A DNA stretch of 64,000 bases from Eledone cirrhosa (GCA_964016885.1 OZ024741.1:203670001-203734000), one strand, 5' to 3'; positions 1 through 18,193 are shown, counted from the stretch's first letter. Numbers and translations: made by a program. The notes: a model not told the origin generated them from the sequence alone.

Positions 1-91
1 TTGCTCCGAAGACCCCAAACCTCGGTTTGGAAGAAACAATTGTAAGCGAATAAATGGTTTGAACAGAACTTTGATTCATGTAATTTCTCTC

Positions 92-197
<106 letters not shown>

Positions 198-619
198 CAT
201 TTTGAAGATAAGCCGACAAGACTTGTTTCGCTTTGCTGAGATCAAAGTGAGTGAATTTGTCACTACTTTAAAACAATAGCTTACGGTCTTCAAAATGCTT
301 TTAATTAATCATAATGTGTATTGCAAAATACATTATATATACATCCATATATATATTGCTATTTCAGAGCTCCAATTCTAATTTTTAATTTCTGCCTGAC
401 CAACAACCGCTCTGCATAATCAGCTCCTGATTATTTACTAGATTTCTATAAGAATATAACATCAATGATCTCAGCAAACAGGTGGGGTAGTTGGCCTTGA
501 TAAGCTTCAACCAAAGCGAAACAAGTCTTGTCGACTTATCTCCCCTGTTTGCTGAGATCAAAGTGAGTGAATTTGTCACTATTTAAAACAATAGCTTACG
601 GTCTTCAAAATGCTTCAAA

Positions 620-1336
620 ATGAGGTTGTACTGGGTTATATGTTTCCAGTAGCACTCGAGAGAGATCTGATATACATACATACATACATGGTGGCTGCCA
701 ACTCGGTTTCGAGTACGGCCACTACTTTATATCCATGTAGGAGAACTCCTACCGATGCGCTGAACGAGTGTGACTTTTTAGTCCAGCCAGCGACTTGAAA
801 ACTCTGGTACAAACACTACACTTGTGACAATTACTGACACATAGTGCTGGGCCCATGGTACCATGTGACGACAAGTGCAGAGAGATCTCCAGATATAAAG
901 CAATGCCTGTGCCGTGAAGCTTTTATAGTGAGCAAAGGCACTGCACAAAGCCAGTCCCACTCTCTTAACCAAGATGATATTTACCAAAAAGAAGAACAAG
1001 TCAACATCATTGGATACCATCAGGGTTGCAGGTTTTATATCAGAGTTTTATATCAGAGTTTTCCTTCTCCTAGAATTCTGCCTTGACAAAGGCTAAGGGG
1101 TCATCTCTCCCGCTGATTTTGGATGGCCATTGACTCTTAAGAGCTCCTTTGCCCTTTGACAGGTTTTGTTTTTAGTCCTGCAGGATGTCCAAAGTCACCC
1201 TCCTCAGCAAGAAACCTTGGTGGGGTTGCCAGTTTAGTCGCCAACAACCCGACCATGGGACAGGTTGTACTGGGATACATGTTACCAGTAGCACCAACTG
1301 GTGACCTGACATACATATATACATACATATATACAG

Positions 1337-1410
<74 letters not shown>

Positions 1411-1725
1411 ATATATATATATATATACATAAATATATACATATATACATATGCATACATACATACTATCATATATACATATATACATATATGATGGCTG
1501 CCCCCTCGTTATCGAGTATGGCCATTGCACGATATACCATTATTAATAATTATTAATCAATTCTATCGTGCAATGCCTGTGCGTGAAGATATTTTTTAAA
1601 GTGAGGATAAACTGTGCACTGAGACAATCCCACTCTCTGAGCGACACTAGCTATAACCCGAAAAGAAGAAAAGATCAACATCATCGGTAACTACAGAGCC
1701 TCAGGTTTTATATCGGAGTTATCCA
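620..1725. repeat. Cluster of related interspersed repeat fragments bounded by (TACA)n/(TA)n
   Basis: Shared blocks ggttgtactggg.tat.tgtt.ccagtagcac and caatgcctgtgc..tgaag...aacatcat.gg recur; class unresolved. Confidence 0.5.
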
Positions 1726-1777
1726 TACATACATACATACATACATACATACATACATACCTTTCTTTGTTTTTCAG

Positions 1778-2284
1778 AAAATAAAACTGCCTACAGAAGA
1801 ATGTATAAATGATGATGGTTGTATTTCCTCTCCATCTCTCGATGATCCAGGAAATAAATTCTCATTAAAGCCTGCCATATTTTGTCTAGGAATTTCCACA
1901 CCATTGATTATATCTGGAATCCTCTTTACTTGGTCTCCCTATAACATTCATCCCCTGCATGTTTTTCTTTTACCAATTATTCTGTGTCTATTATCATTTC
2001 TCTGGACTCCTGGATTACAAGTGGACTTGTATCGTTCTTCCGACGGTCGAATGGACGGTCGTCGGAAAACTTCAATGATGTATGCCACAGTGAAAATAAT
2101 TGCAATACCCTTTTGCATTTCAATTGTACTCCTGACACGGTTCAAAGACCTGCGCTCTTTATATTTCATTGACTTTATTTCCGATGGTTTTCATCAACTC
2201 TCCAATTTCCATGTCTATATCCTTGTCATCCTAATTTCATTGGCTGGCTTACTTGTTGTCTTAACAGGACTCCTTTGTACAAAG
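1778..2284 (+). CDS. CHS: Chitin synthase, first exon seen in window (N-terminal transmembrane region; gene starts upstream)
   Basis: tttcAG acceptor at 1776-1777, open hydrophobic frame KIKLPTEE...GLLCTK, AAG|GTAAAC donor; phase 0 joins the next exon in frame. Confidence 0.75.
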
Positions 2285-2302
2285 GTAAACAAAATTACTT
2301 TA

Positions 2303-2955
2303 TCTATCTATATATTACTAAAAGTCTGATTGTTTGCTTGCTCGCTTGCTTGCTTGTCTGTAATGTAATACAGCCAAAAGGGCGCATAATGGGAAAATAC
2401 TTTGAAAGGAAGTTGCCTCTGAAATGGAGATACAAATGGAATAAAACAAGTTTCGAGTAAATCGAGGCACGGGTTCCTGAGATATGGGGTTTCTGGGTAC
2501 CTTCATAAACAGAGAGAGGGGAGGATAGAGAGAAAGAGATAGTGGTTGTGAGAGAGTAGATTGAAAGAGAGACATAGAGAGAGAGAGAGAGGAGACAGAG
2601 AAGGAGAATGAAAGAAAGAGAGCTGGTGTTGTTGTTATGTATATATATATATATATATGTGAGTGTGTATATATATATATATATATGTGCGTGTGTCTAT
2701 GACCAGTGTATATAGAGCACAGGCACCTACATATATATATATATACACACACATACATACATATATATGTATACAAACACAAATATTTATATATATACAT
2801 ACACACACGTATATATATACGAGCCTTCCAATTTCATTTCACATTATATACATGTCTGTGTATATTTTGATTATTTAAAAATTATTTTTAAGTGAACATG
2901 ATTTTAAATAAATATTTTGAAGTGAACGGGACCCAACGTGCCACGGGTGGTCTAG
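2303..2955 (+). mobile_element. Non-autonomous Helitron
   Basis: 5' TCTATCTATATATTACTAAAA; 3' GC-rich imperfect hairpin (ccc..gtgccacggg) then CTAG|T. Confidence 0.6.
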
Positions 2956-3564
2956 TTTATTTTAAAACTGATATAAATTTGATGTTAGTCAAAATATAAT
3001 ATTTGTCCTTCAAATAATTCTGATAGCAAGATTGTCAGCATAATGTATATCCTATGTGAATGAAAGTGTATTTAATATGATAATTTTTGGAAAGATGATT
3101 ATATAATCCCTCCTCCACTCTGGCTTTATTTGGTTCCCACCACTATTTCTTTATGGAGTAGTCTTCTAGTAACTCACGAGCCTGTGATATCTGATCGAAA
3201 TCAATTCAGAAAAATTTACTGTTGGCTTCTGTTTCACATCAATATCACATGAGTGGCTACAGTGAGACAAAAGTTTACATTTTCAAGGTGATTATCATCA
3301 TCGAAAGTGTTTTCTTAATAGGTAAAAGAACGTATTTGTATCCTGAAGCTATTTCCGGGATATTTGAGTTGAAATGTTAATAAGGACCTCATTTCATTAG
3401 GGTTAGCAAAATACTTGGTATCAGATATATAAAGGTATGTAAAATAATCTAATAACATTAACATTATGGTCAAAATTATAGATATTACTTCCATTATCTT
3501 TAACCTTTACTATTAGAATTCACCAGCTGTACATTATATCATAAATATTACCTCTTTTCTATAG

Positions 3565-5560
3565 ACGGGACTCACTACGACGGGTATGTTGATTCCATCA
3601 GTGGTGTCAACACCAACAGTAATTGGAATCACCTTATTACAGTGTTTATCTGTTGAGGAAGATTACTGTAATATCCACAGTTTTTCGATTATTGCATCAT
3701 CCATTCTCGCGGCCCTCGTCTGGATTTTACCATTACTACTTTATGGTCCAACGTTTACGCGACCCAGCGACATCTTACTGAAACCATTTCAAGAATCGTT
3801 TCTACAGTTTAACTGGATTCCTCTTTTTCTCGACCAATATTTAATACTTAATTATTACCCAAACGGGTTTGACTCTCAGCAGCACGAGGAGATCATTGGT
3901 GACCTCAATGAAGCTAAATGCAAGAGTAAAGTATTTATCTGTACTACGATGTATAATGAGAAAACACTTGAAATGAAACGACTTTTACAAAGTTTGGATA
4001 ACGTAGCAAGATCACCAAATCTCCAACATGTTTATAAGGAAGCTCACATTTTTATGGACAATGGTTCGAAAGAAAATTCTCTTAATAAAAATTCTTTGAT
4101 ACTTATTTCGTTGATAAAGTCACTTGATAGTATAAAACTTAACTCTTTAAAAACCTACCTCACTCCGTATGGTGTTCAAATGAACTGGATTCTAAGAAAT
4201 GATTTCCAGTTATATGTACATTTCAAGGACTGTCAGAAGTTTAAGGCCAAGAAACGATGGAGCCAGGTGATGTATATGAATTATATTCTGAACTATCGAT
4301 GTAAAATTTTGAATTTAATTGGAAATGTTAGTCAAGCGTTCCACGGGATGGAAAGTTTACCAGAAAATTTCTTTAGTGATACGAAATATATACCAGATCA
4401 TCACTTATCGTATACTGGGAGACTCAAACCAGATGATGCACATAGAAAATTGTGCAAAGAATATGAAAATTCCACTGGTAAAACTATGAGAAACAAGAGG
4501 AGACAACCAAATCACTCTTCGGTTTTAAAGATGGAACTCGGAAAACTGCATAGTATTTTAAAATCCAGATATGGAGAAGCTTACAAGAATATAGATGCAC
4601 GTTCCCCTCAAAATAACACGTATTCATGTAGAGCTGAATTTTCAGAACTTCCAGTTCTTCAGTCGATATCAAATGTTTTAGATTTGCTAAATAAAAGACT
4701 ATATTCCAGATCTATGATGACAAATTATGAATTACCGTTTCAGATTACTAATGAAGAGTCTTCGAGTGAAGAATCTGGGATACAATCCATAGCGTATACA
4801 ATATCGAGAGACAGTTTGGACCTGTGTCATGAAATTACTTCGGAAGATAATATTCTAGATGCTTCTGAAAATGAAATTGAAAGCACCGACATGTCTTCGT
4901 CAAACGATGACCACACTGTTGTAAACAAAGTTTCATTACATAACGATATAGAGGAAAATACTTCTGATTTTACATGTCTTCAAGCAAATACAATCAAAGA
5001 AAACGTACAACAGACTAAAAGAGCGTCAACGTTTAAGAAAAACATTTCCTTCCCAATAATGTATCCTTTAGTCACGGCCCCTCATCAATCCGCAACACTT
5101 CCATTTTCCAATTCTAACTATCCAGTTTGCAACTATAGTTTTGACTTAAAACCTAAGCATTTCATGGTTGAAAAAGCATTCTGGAGTAAAAAGATGCAAT
5201 ATGATATTAAACATGTCTGCAGCAAAGGCAGACAAAGAGGAACAAATCGGAATTGTCTGAATTCATCGACACTTCCTATATCATCAAATTCAAAATTGTC
5301 GCCAAGAAAACTTACCAATTCCGATAAAGACCCTTCAGAAAGCCTGCATTACAATTCATTTCTGAAGTCTAATTATTTTGATGATTATACCTACATACTG
5401 GCCACAGATGCCGACATGGAATTTAACGACAAGAGTCTTTGCCAGCTTATTGACCTTTGCAACCGAGATAAGAGTATAGGAGGGGCTTGTGGTAGAACAT
5501 CACCAATAGGACACAGCAATACTCCAGTGGTTTGGTATCAAAAGTTCGAATATGCTAAAG
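3565..5560 (+). CDS. CHS: Chitin synthase large exon (TM + N-half of GT2 catalytic domain)
   Basis: Motifs CTTMYNE, TPYG, KKRWSQVMYM, ATDADMEF, GACGR, WYQKFEYA; ttctatAG acceptor, AAAG|GT donor (phase 1). Confidence 0.93.
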
Positions 5561-5651
5561 GTATATCACTTCTTTTTCATACATAAATACACACACACAA
5601 ACACATGCACACAAATGCACACACACACACACACACAAACAAACACACACA

Positions 5652-5723
<72 letters not shown>

Positions 5724-5771
5724 TATAGATAGGTAAATATACACGGGTGTGTATGATTGTGTATAGAAGAT

Positions 5772-6174
5772 TATATTAATAAGAGGAATTCCAACTTTGT
5801 CTGATTGACTCGTTTTATTTACAATCCTTTAAAATATATATAATGGTATTATAATGAAATAGTATGATAGAATATTAAATTCTAAGTGTTAATTGAACAA
5901 GTACTTTCATGCTTTCGCAATCTTCAGGTTCATGATATGTGGTGACAGTCGAGTTTGCAATTTTCAACTGTTGAAAATTGCAAACTCGACTGTCACCACA
6001 TATCCACATATCATGAACCTGAAGATTGCGAAAGCATGAAAGTACTTGTTCAATTAACACTTAGAATTTAATATTCTATCATACTATTTCATTATAATAC
6101 CATTATATATATTTTAAAGGATTGTAAATAAAACGAGTAACTCAGACAAAGTTGGAATTCCTCTTATTAATATA
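5772..6174. repeat. ~400-bp near-perfect palindrome (probable PLE terminal-repeat fold-back)
   Basis: Arms are reverse complements about centre 5969; right end abuts (TA)n. Confidence 0.9.
6014..6052 (+). ncRNA. Type I hammerhead ribozyme motif (mirror copy 5894-5932 on -)
   Basis: tgaac CTGAAGA t-tgc-gaaa-gca-t GAAA gtac TT gttca: stem I tgaac/gttca, palindromic stem III. Confidence 0.7.
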
Positions 6175-6445
6175 TATATATATATATATTATAATTCCGT
6201 GATTACTACCGCCGAGGTCCGACGAGCTGTTGATTCCAGAGTCGGACCAGATCGATACAGATCGAACCTTGAGCTGATAAATACCGAAACGCACATCACC
6301 AATCAATAAACGTAATGAAGGCTTAAAAATCGTCCTTGTATTATTATATTACACCCTGTCTAGCTCTACACCTCGCCACTAACGTGAACCTAATCATCGG
6401 GTGCTCACCTGGGTGAACCTACAATAACTTCACGTTAGACTCCCT

Positions 6446-6524
<79 letters not shown>

Positions 6525-7423
6525 TATCTATAGATATACAGAGTGGGTAACCGAGTCTGCGTCAATTGTTAATATATAGACATGTATACATACGTGTACT
6601 ACTGTGAACGAAGGGTGATATAAACACATCCATCAAATGTTACCTTGTGATTGTTTAGATGATATACACACCTTCTTATGAATACCCAACTAGGTCCGAA
6701 AATCGATTAAAAGTGTCCGTTATTTTTTCAATTTACAGGAAAATTCATACTTCTGGCATTTTACATGTCTGTATATTAAAAATGTGCATATTTATATACA
6801 CATTGGCGCAATCTCAGTTACCCAGTCTCACTCTGTATATATAGAGGTATAACTTCGGCCGCTTAGAGCACTTTCTAATATATATATATATAATGTAATC
6901 TGAGTTTTTCTAATATTAATAATATTCGATTCATTTGCAATTATGCAAAAAACCTCTCGTTTAAAGCCACGTCATTAGAATGAAGCCCTCATTTTTGCTC
7001 TTGTGTTGGCATGTAAACAGAACTGCAGACACTAACGTTTCTGGGTTTTACAATTCATCACTACAATATACTGGTTACCTGCCAACTGTCAGAGCTAGTG
7101 AAAATATAGGATATTGTATATAACATACAGTGACTGATAGGCCTGATTTGCATATTAGCAGACTGGCTGATCAGTCAGATCGGCATATTAGAAGATCCAC
7201 TATTCAGCCAGATTTGCATATCAGTAGGTTGAATCCCATGTTCACTCGCATGTATTACGCAAAGGATTATTGCATTTCATCAGAGATAGAAAATTTATTG
7301 TAGTACAAAGTGACGTCGTCGCATTCCTGCAACAAGCATCACTCACTTCTAACTAATCCGATGTACAAACCACTGGCACAGAGAAATTCAGAATCGTTTG
7401 CGCATCTGATCTATCTATCTATC

Positions 7424-7578
<155 letters not shown>

Positions 7579-8306
7579 GCAGGTTTTTGATGTGAAATCG
7601 TGTGTTGAATAAAAATTGAGTGTGTTTTTTTATTATTTCTAGTAATATTATAACAATATGACCCTGCCCAGATATAACTATATATATAGATATATATAGA
7701 AGGATTTAAATGGATACAGTAAATTCCTTTTAACTAAACTGTATCTATTTAAATCCTTCTATTTTTCTCCGGATTACTTTTGGAACTACAACTGGAACCG
7801 TCGAGCAAACTCTACGTGAGCTGTCCATCTACTGTGTGTAATATTTATATTACAACACTACGGAAAATGCTGTATATATATATATATTCTAACTCGTGTG
7901 CTCCTTCTCCACATTTTATAATTACATATATATATATATACATAGATATATGTGTCTGATGGTAGCTAAGATGCTTCCATAGGCGGTATGCCGGTTGAGC
8001 ACTCTATACTCTTACAGAGCAGAGTATGATAGAATAGAAAACGAAAAATCAGTGATGCATCTGAACTCAATTTATTGTGTTACAATTGTTTCACCTGCGG
8101 ACAGCTCGAGACGCGATCATTGTGTGGATCTGTCTGATTCTGGACCCGCAGGTTCGACGGACACGTCTAATGATTTCGGACTCACTGGGTGAGAGAATAT
8201 GCTCCGAAATCATAGACGGTTCAAGTTCCTCTCACTATCCAAACGGAACTAGAACTGTTAATGTCTGATTCCTGGGTATGTCACTATTTATAAACCAAAT
8301 TTTGTA

Positions 8307-8363
8307 TTTTATCTGATGAGTGCGTACCAAAGTGTTGGTACCCGTGAAATATATATAATAGAA
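8307..8363 (+). ncRNA. Type I hammerhead motif (relatives at 9696-9758 on - and 50191-50247 on +)
   Basis: ttttat CTGATGA [gtacc..ggtac stem] GAAA tatata TA atagaa. Confidence 0.6.
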
Positions 8364-8495
8364 CAAATATGGTTTTATAAATATAGTTTCCATTTCTTAA
8401 TATCATTGATATTATACTCCAGAAAACTTGTCGAGTGCTTCAAAACTGTTATAAATATATTTGTTTAATTACCAACAAATTAAATATCTCTTTAC

Positions 8496-8576
<81 letters not shown>

Positions 8577-8808
8577 AAAAAGAGATGAAATCGAAAATGC
8601 AACTGGAGTCTTATTTTTTTTTTAAATATATATATTTATTAAAATATATATATTTTTAAAAAAATATATATATTTATTAATATATATATATTTTTTTTAA
8701 AAATAAGACTCCAGTTGCATTTTCGATTTCATCTCTTTTTCTTTATACTTTCACTCGTGTAGGACACCTCGGTTATTTTTCATTTTGTAAAAAAAACCTC
8801 ACTTTCTA

Positions 8809-8839
<31 letters not shown>

Positions 8840-9603
8840 GAGAGAGAGAGAGAGATATAGATATAATTAAATTATTTTTCCATATCTTACGTTAAATATT
8901 TTTCATCTTGACGTAATAGTCACTTATATGTCTGAATTACTGTTGGCTTCTTGCTTACATTAATTTCTCTATTTCCATTTATATATTTATAGTCGGAATT
9001 TTTCCTTGAGTGCTTAAAATTATTTGTGACTAATCCCGGTTTTTTTTTTTTGAAACCGCGATAATATTGCTTTATGCTGAACTCCATATCTTTTGTTGAG
9101 TTTTTTCCGAATGTGTTGACTGCAGTGTCTTGTAAACAGACATTCGTCTCATTCTGACGTCACTAGCCCTGTCTCCATGTGTGTTTATTAATTCAATTCC
9201 ACACGAGGTTTGACTAGCCTTTTTTTTTAATTCCCCTTTGGCATATTTTAGCTGTGAGTCTTAGTTAACGTTGTTGAGCACTACTGAGGAACGACTCCAA
9301 CCGTGACTAACCCCACTGAAAAGTTTCGTGAAATAGTCTTTTTAAGACTATATAGAGCATTTGTAGATTTTTTTCAAAATTGACGGGGAAGTATTTACTC
9401 TTAATTTTATTTTGAGTTAAGATTCTATTGATTTTTTCCTCGGATTACACAAAATTTGTGGATAAAATTTCTGGTCTTGATTTGTTTTGAATTGGGATTA
9501 AATTGTTTTCCCATATCTTACGTTAAATATTTTTCATCTTCACGTAATAGTCACTTATATGTCTGAATTACTGCTTCTTGCTTACATTAATTTCTCTATT
9601 TTC

Positions 9604-9655
<52 letters not shown>

Positions 9656-10133
9656 GATATTAATAAATGGAAACTATATTTATAAAACCATATTTATTTT
9701 ATTATACATATTTCAGGGATACCAAATTAAATCATGGTATGCCTTCATCAGACAAAATACAATATATAACAGTTTTACAAATAAGCTTTGACGTACCCTT
9801 TTAAAATGCAACCGTTATTTTTGGAAGCCATCTGGATAGTGAATTGTTTATATTATTTTAATAAGTCTTAGTCCAAATACTTGTCGAGTGCTTTATATCA
9901 GTTATAAAAATATTTACTTGTTGTATCCCAACAATTTTAAATAGAACTTTTGCATATATATATAATATATAGAAATGGCTTCTACAGGACTAGAACTGTT
10001 TCATTCAGGCTTTCCTGATTATTTCCCCCGAATGAAACAGTTCTAGTCCTGTAGAAGCCATTTCTATATTAAATATTAATACTCTGGTATGTATTGAGTA
10101 CCTTACTTACTAGGGTTACCCCCGATTAAAGCT

Positions 10134-10175
<42 letters not shown>

Positions 10176-10283
10176 TGTGTGTGTGTATGTATGTATGTAA
10201 AAGGTAAACACAAATAACAACACAATCGGTCTAGTATATTGAAGGAATATATTAGGTTAATGCTTGAGATAGCAGCAAGAGGG

Positions 10284-10320
10284 TCTTAACGTTTTGGACG
10301 CTAGTCCTTCGTCAGAAGAA
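10284..10320 (-). ncRNA. Degenerate hammerhead motif
   Basis: ttctt CTGACGA a-ggac-tagc-gtcc AAAAC gtta aga; G12 changed to A. Confidence 0.4.
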
Positions 10321-10750
10321 AGAATGATAAATAAGATAGATTGAGGGGACGGGCGGGGTGGAATTGGAAAAAAATGTCTTTAGATAAAAATAACAGCTCC
10401 ATTCATGTTGACATCGCTTGGAAAATATATACATATACTGTCCCACTCTCTGTTCGATTTGTGGTTATATCATAATCCCAAAACGTTTTACTATGCAAAT
10501 ATTATCCACCCGTTTACGGCTGCCTTTCGCGCTGATAATACTCCAATTTTACGAATATTCATATATATGTATATATATATATATATAGCTCTGACGATCC
10601 TGTGATAATCAGGTGAAACTCCGCAGAAACAAGACTAACTATTTACCCGTAATAAAATAAATACATACATACATATGTGTGTGTGTGGTGTATGCATGTA
10701 AGAATGAGATTTTCTTTCTGACTTAACACCATTTTATTTTCGGTTTTTAG

Positions 10751-10906
10751 ATTTCTGGATGATCAAGAGCTCACAGAATGTGATTGGCTGCGTGATGTGT
10801 TGTCCAGGTTGTTTCAGTTTGTACCGTGCTTCAGCAATAAAAGATGTCATGCATACATATTGCCAACCAATTCAATCGGAATTCGATGTTTTCGTCAAAG
10901 ACCATG
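10751..10906 (+). CDS. CHS: Chitin synthase exon (DFWMIKSSQNVIGCVMCCPGCFSLYR)
   Basis: CxPGCFSLYR motif; ttttAG and G|GTAAG sites; phase 1 to phase 1. Confidence 0.93.
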
Positions 10907-11134
10907 GTAAGAACAGCGCTAAAAAAATCATTAGAATTGTCTTGGTTTTCTGCTTTTTCTTTTCGTCTTGAGATATAAACCAGTCTTAAAATGGTCAATA
11001 AATTGTGCATCAAAAGTTAAAGATCCATCAAGACTTGCAGGTCCGTGAATAAGGACGCCTAATCGCATTGTGTGTGGAATTTGGAAAACGGAAACTGACG
11101 AAGGCTTTCGTATATATAACTATAAATATATATA

Positions 11135-11169
<35 letters not shown>

Positions 11170-11172
11170 TAT

Positions 11173-13792
<2,620 letters not shown>

Positions 13793-13809
13793 ATAGATAT
13801 ATTTATTAC

Positions 13810-13848
<39 letters not shown>

Positions 13849-13910
13849 TGTGTGTGTGTGTGTGTGTGTGATCAATTAATTTGATTATGTAACACGAATC
13901 CGAAGCCGCT

Positions 13911-13973
<63 letters not shown>

Positions 13974-14014
13974 GAAGAATTAGAAACAGAAGTTAGGAAT
14001 ATCCATGTGCATGC

Positions 14015-15782
<1,768 letters not shown>

Positions 15783-15903
15783 ACATGCCAACACAAGAGC
15801 AAGAATGAAGTGTTCATTCTACTGACATCGCTATAAAATTGACGCGTGTTTGCATAATTGCAAACGAATCGAATGTTATTATTAATATTCGAAAAACTTA
15901 GAT

Positions 15904-15961
<58 letters not shown>

Positions 15962-16559
15962 TATAAGAATAAAGGAACAAAGATTCAGTGTAGCATCATA
16001 ACATATCTAATAACATATTACATATGTTTCACTATCGATCAGCTCGAGGAACGTCCTATTATTGACCGAACTTGACTCTGTAATCGAAAGATCATCATGG
16101 TTTCGTATGTGAGCTCGTCTTCAATTCTGTGCGTGAAGTTCTCTAGCTAGTAGATTTATACAGCGCATTATAACAACGTGGTGTTTTACGTCCATTCTTT
16201 GGTTCATTATATCATAAAGTACCAGTAATGCACTGGATAATTGCTGGCCTTGTGCCTAAAGTAGAAACAATTATCTCATTAACTTGTGTCAAAAGTAGAA
16301 GCAATTATCTTGTTAACATCATCAGCCTATCCCCGAAGTAACGTCTATCTTTCTTCCTGTCAAGCTGACGTATGCATTCATGAATGGAAGGCCGTCTGCT
16401 TGCCTTCCACTGCTAGACTTGGTTGAAGCGTTCGCTGGGCTATAAGTCACTCTTAGGGCCCGCTGTCCTTGGAAAGCAGTGAGGGGGAGGGCGGTTAAAG
16501 TTCGGACATGAAAGACAAGACTGATAGCGACTTACGCATACATATCTCTGGTACGCATG

Positions 16560-16745
16560 TACTCACATACAGATCCTTACACGGCCCTTTACGTTCTGAA
16601 TTCAAATTCCGCCGAGGTTAGCTTTACCTTTCATCCTTACGGTGTCGATAAAATAAAGCACCAGTAATGCACTGGGGTCGATTTAATCGTCTTTCCCATT
16701 CCCTAAAATTGTTGGTGTTGTGTTTAAATCAGAAATCATTATAAT
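16560..16745 (+). mobile_element. SINE copy (family also at ~16170, 17870, 20160, 20330, 24325, 28850, 33270, 43400, 48490, 63825)
   Basis: Shared core gagttcaaatcccgccgaggttgactttgcctttcatccttacggggtcgataaaataaagtaccag with a B-box-like GTTCAAATC. Confidence 0.75.
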
Positions 16746-16793
16746 TAATCTTTTGGAAGATTTACTTGTCACAATGTATTCTTATAATTGCAG

Positions 16794-17285
16794 GTGAAGA
16801 CCGTTGGTTGTGTACCTTAATGATGCTAAAAGGTTGGAAACTGGAATATTCATCATATTCGCAAAACTCAACATTTTGCCCGGACACATTTCTCGAATTC
16901 CTTAAACAAAGAAAACGTTGGGTTCTCTCAGAGATGTCAAATTTAATTCTAGTTTTTGGCAACATACACCGTCTATCGCAAAACAATTCTGCCTTTTCTT
17001 TAATATATATTTTTTATATTCTGCAAATGTTTCTGTTAGTGGTACTATCTCCAGGAACGACAGTTGTTGTTCTCACAGCCTCATTAGATATACTATTTGG
17101 ATTATCATGTATGTACACTACACCATTCGGTCTTGTTGGTTTAATACTCTATACTTTGATATGTTCAACAAAATCAACAGAAGCACAGTCACTAGTGACA
17201 TCAGCAATCACTATATTTCTCGGATGCATTGTCCTCTCCATCAGTGTTGGTTACATGAAATTCTTTTTGCTAGATACACTTCATG
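16794..17285 (+). CDS. CHS: Chitin synthase exon with GEDRW and QRKRW motifs plus TM helices
   Basis: GEDRWLCTL catalytic motif and QRxRW motif; ttgcAG and G|GTAAG sites. Confidence 0.95.
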
Positions 17286-17389
17286 GTAAGTATGTTTTCT
17301 CTTTCTTTTATATTGTTTATTTCCATAGAAAATATCTGCGTATGTGTGTGTTTGTGTTTGTGAGTGATTTAGTATTCCGCCATCCAGTG

Positions 17390-17645
17390 TGAAAAGATTT
17401 CTATTTATGTGTAGACCAATTTTCCTGGCAAAAATTCGAATTTATGAGGTTCTTGAGCTTGATCAATGATATTTTATAGAAGAGCTATGTCATCAGCAAA
17501 ACACCTATCACACATAGCAGTTTGGTAGGTTTCGCTTACTTCTCCCTTGTGTCAATGTAAAGCCGAGATCTTGTTCATTAACATTGACTTCCTTCATGGC
17601 ATTGTCCAGGGTGATTATGAAAAGATATGGTGCCAGGAAGGACAT
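17390..17645 (-). mobile_element. Decayed RTE-type LINE RT fragment
   Basis: LAPYLFIITLD and FADDIAL read on the minus strand. Confidence 0.55.
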
Positions 17646-18193
17646 CAGGAACAATATATTTATAATCTTAAATGTATTTAGGCATTTAACGATATAGTTA
17701 TAAGCATAAATATATTTAGAAATACAATAATATATTTATAGTCATAAATATATTTATACACCAACAGCTATTTATAGCCATAAGTATATTTAGACGTAAA
17801 AGACAATGTATCTTAATAAGATTTCTTTAAATCAATATGATGTTAACTGGCAGAGTCGTTACAGCGTTGGATTAAATGCGTCGGTTTTTAAGATCCAATC
17901 CAGCCGAGGTCATCTTTGTCTTTTATTCTTTAGGATTCGATTAATAAATTACCAATCAAAAAGTAGTGAATTGGCGAAATTGTTAAGAGTATCGAATAGG
18001 ATGCTTTACAGTATTTGTCCTAGCGCTGTGGATTCTTAATATAAATTCTCCCTTCTTCTGTCAGCATTTGCGACCAATTATCAGTAATGAAAAGACCAAT
18101 AGAAACATTGTTTCTGTGGTCTATTCTGATGGTAAGCTCCTTTCGTTTACTTTTTTTTAAAACTAATATCTATACTCTGACTTTATTGACCAG

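Noticed and set aside
1200-1310. Possible HDV-like ribozyme on the minus strand
   Set aside because: Some pairings exist (ccagt/actgg, acaacc/ggttgt), but I could not build a complete nested double pseudoknot by eye.
1137-1530. ORFs of YIYIYI / VCVCVC / HTHTHT type here and throughout the window
   Set aside because: They are translations of (TA)n and (CA)n microsatellites, not genes.
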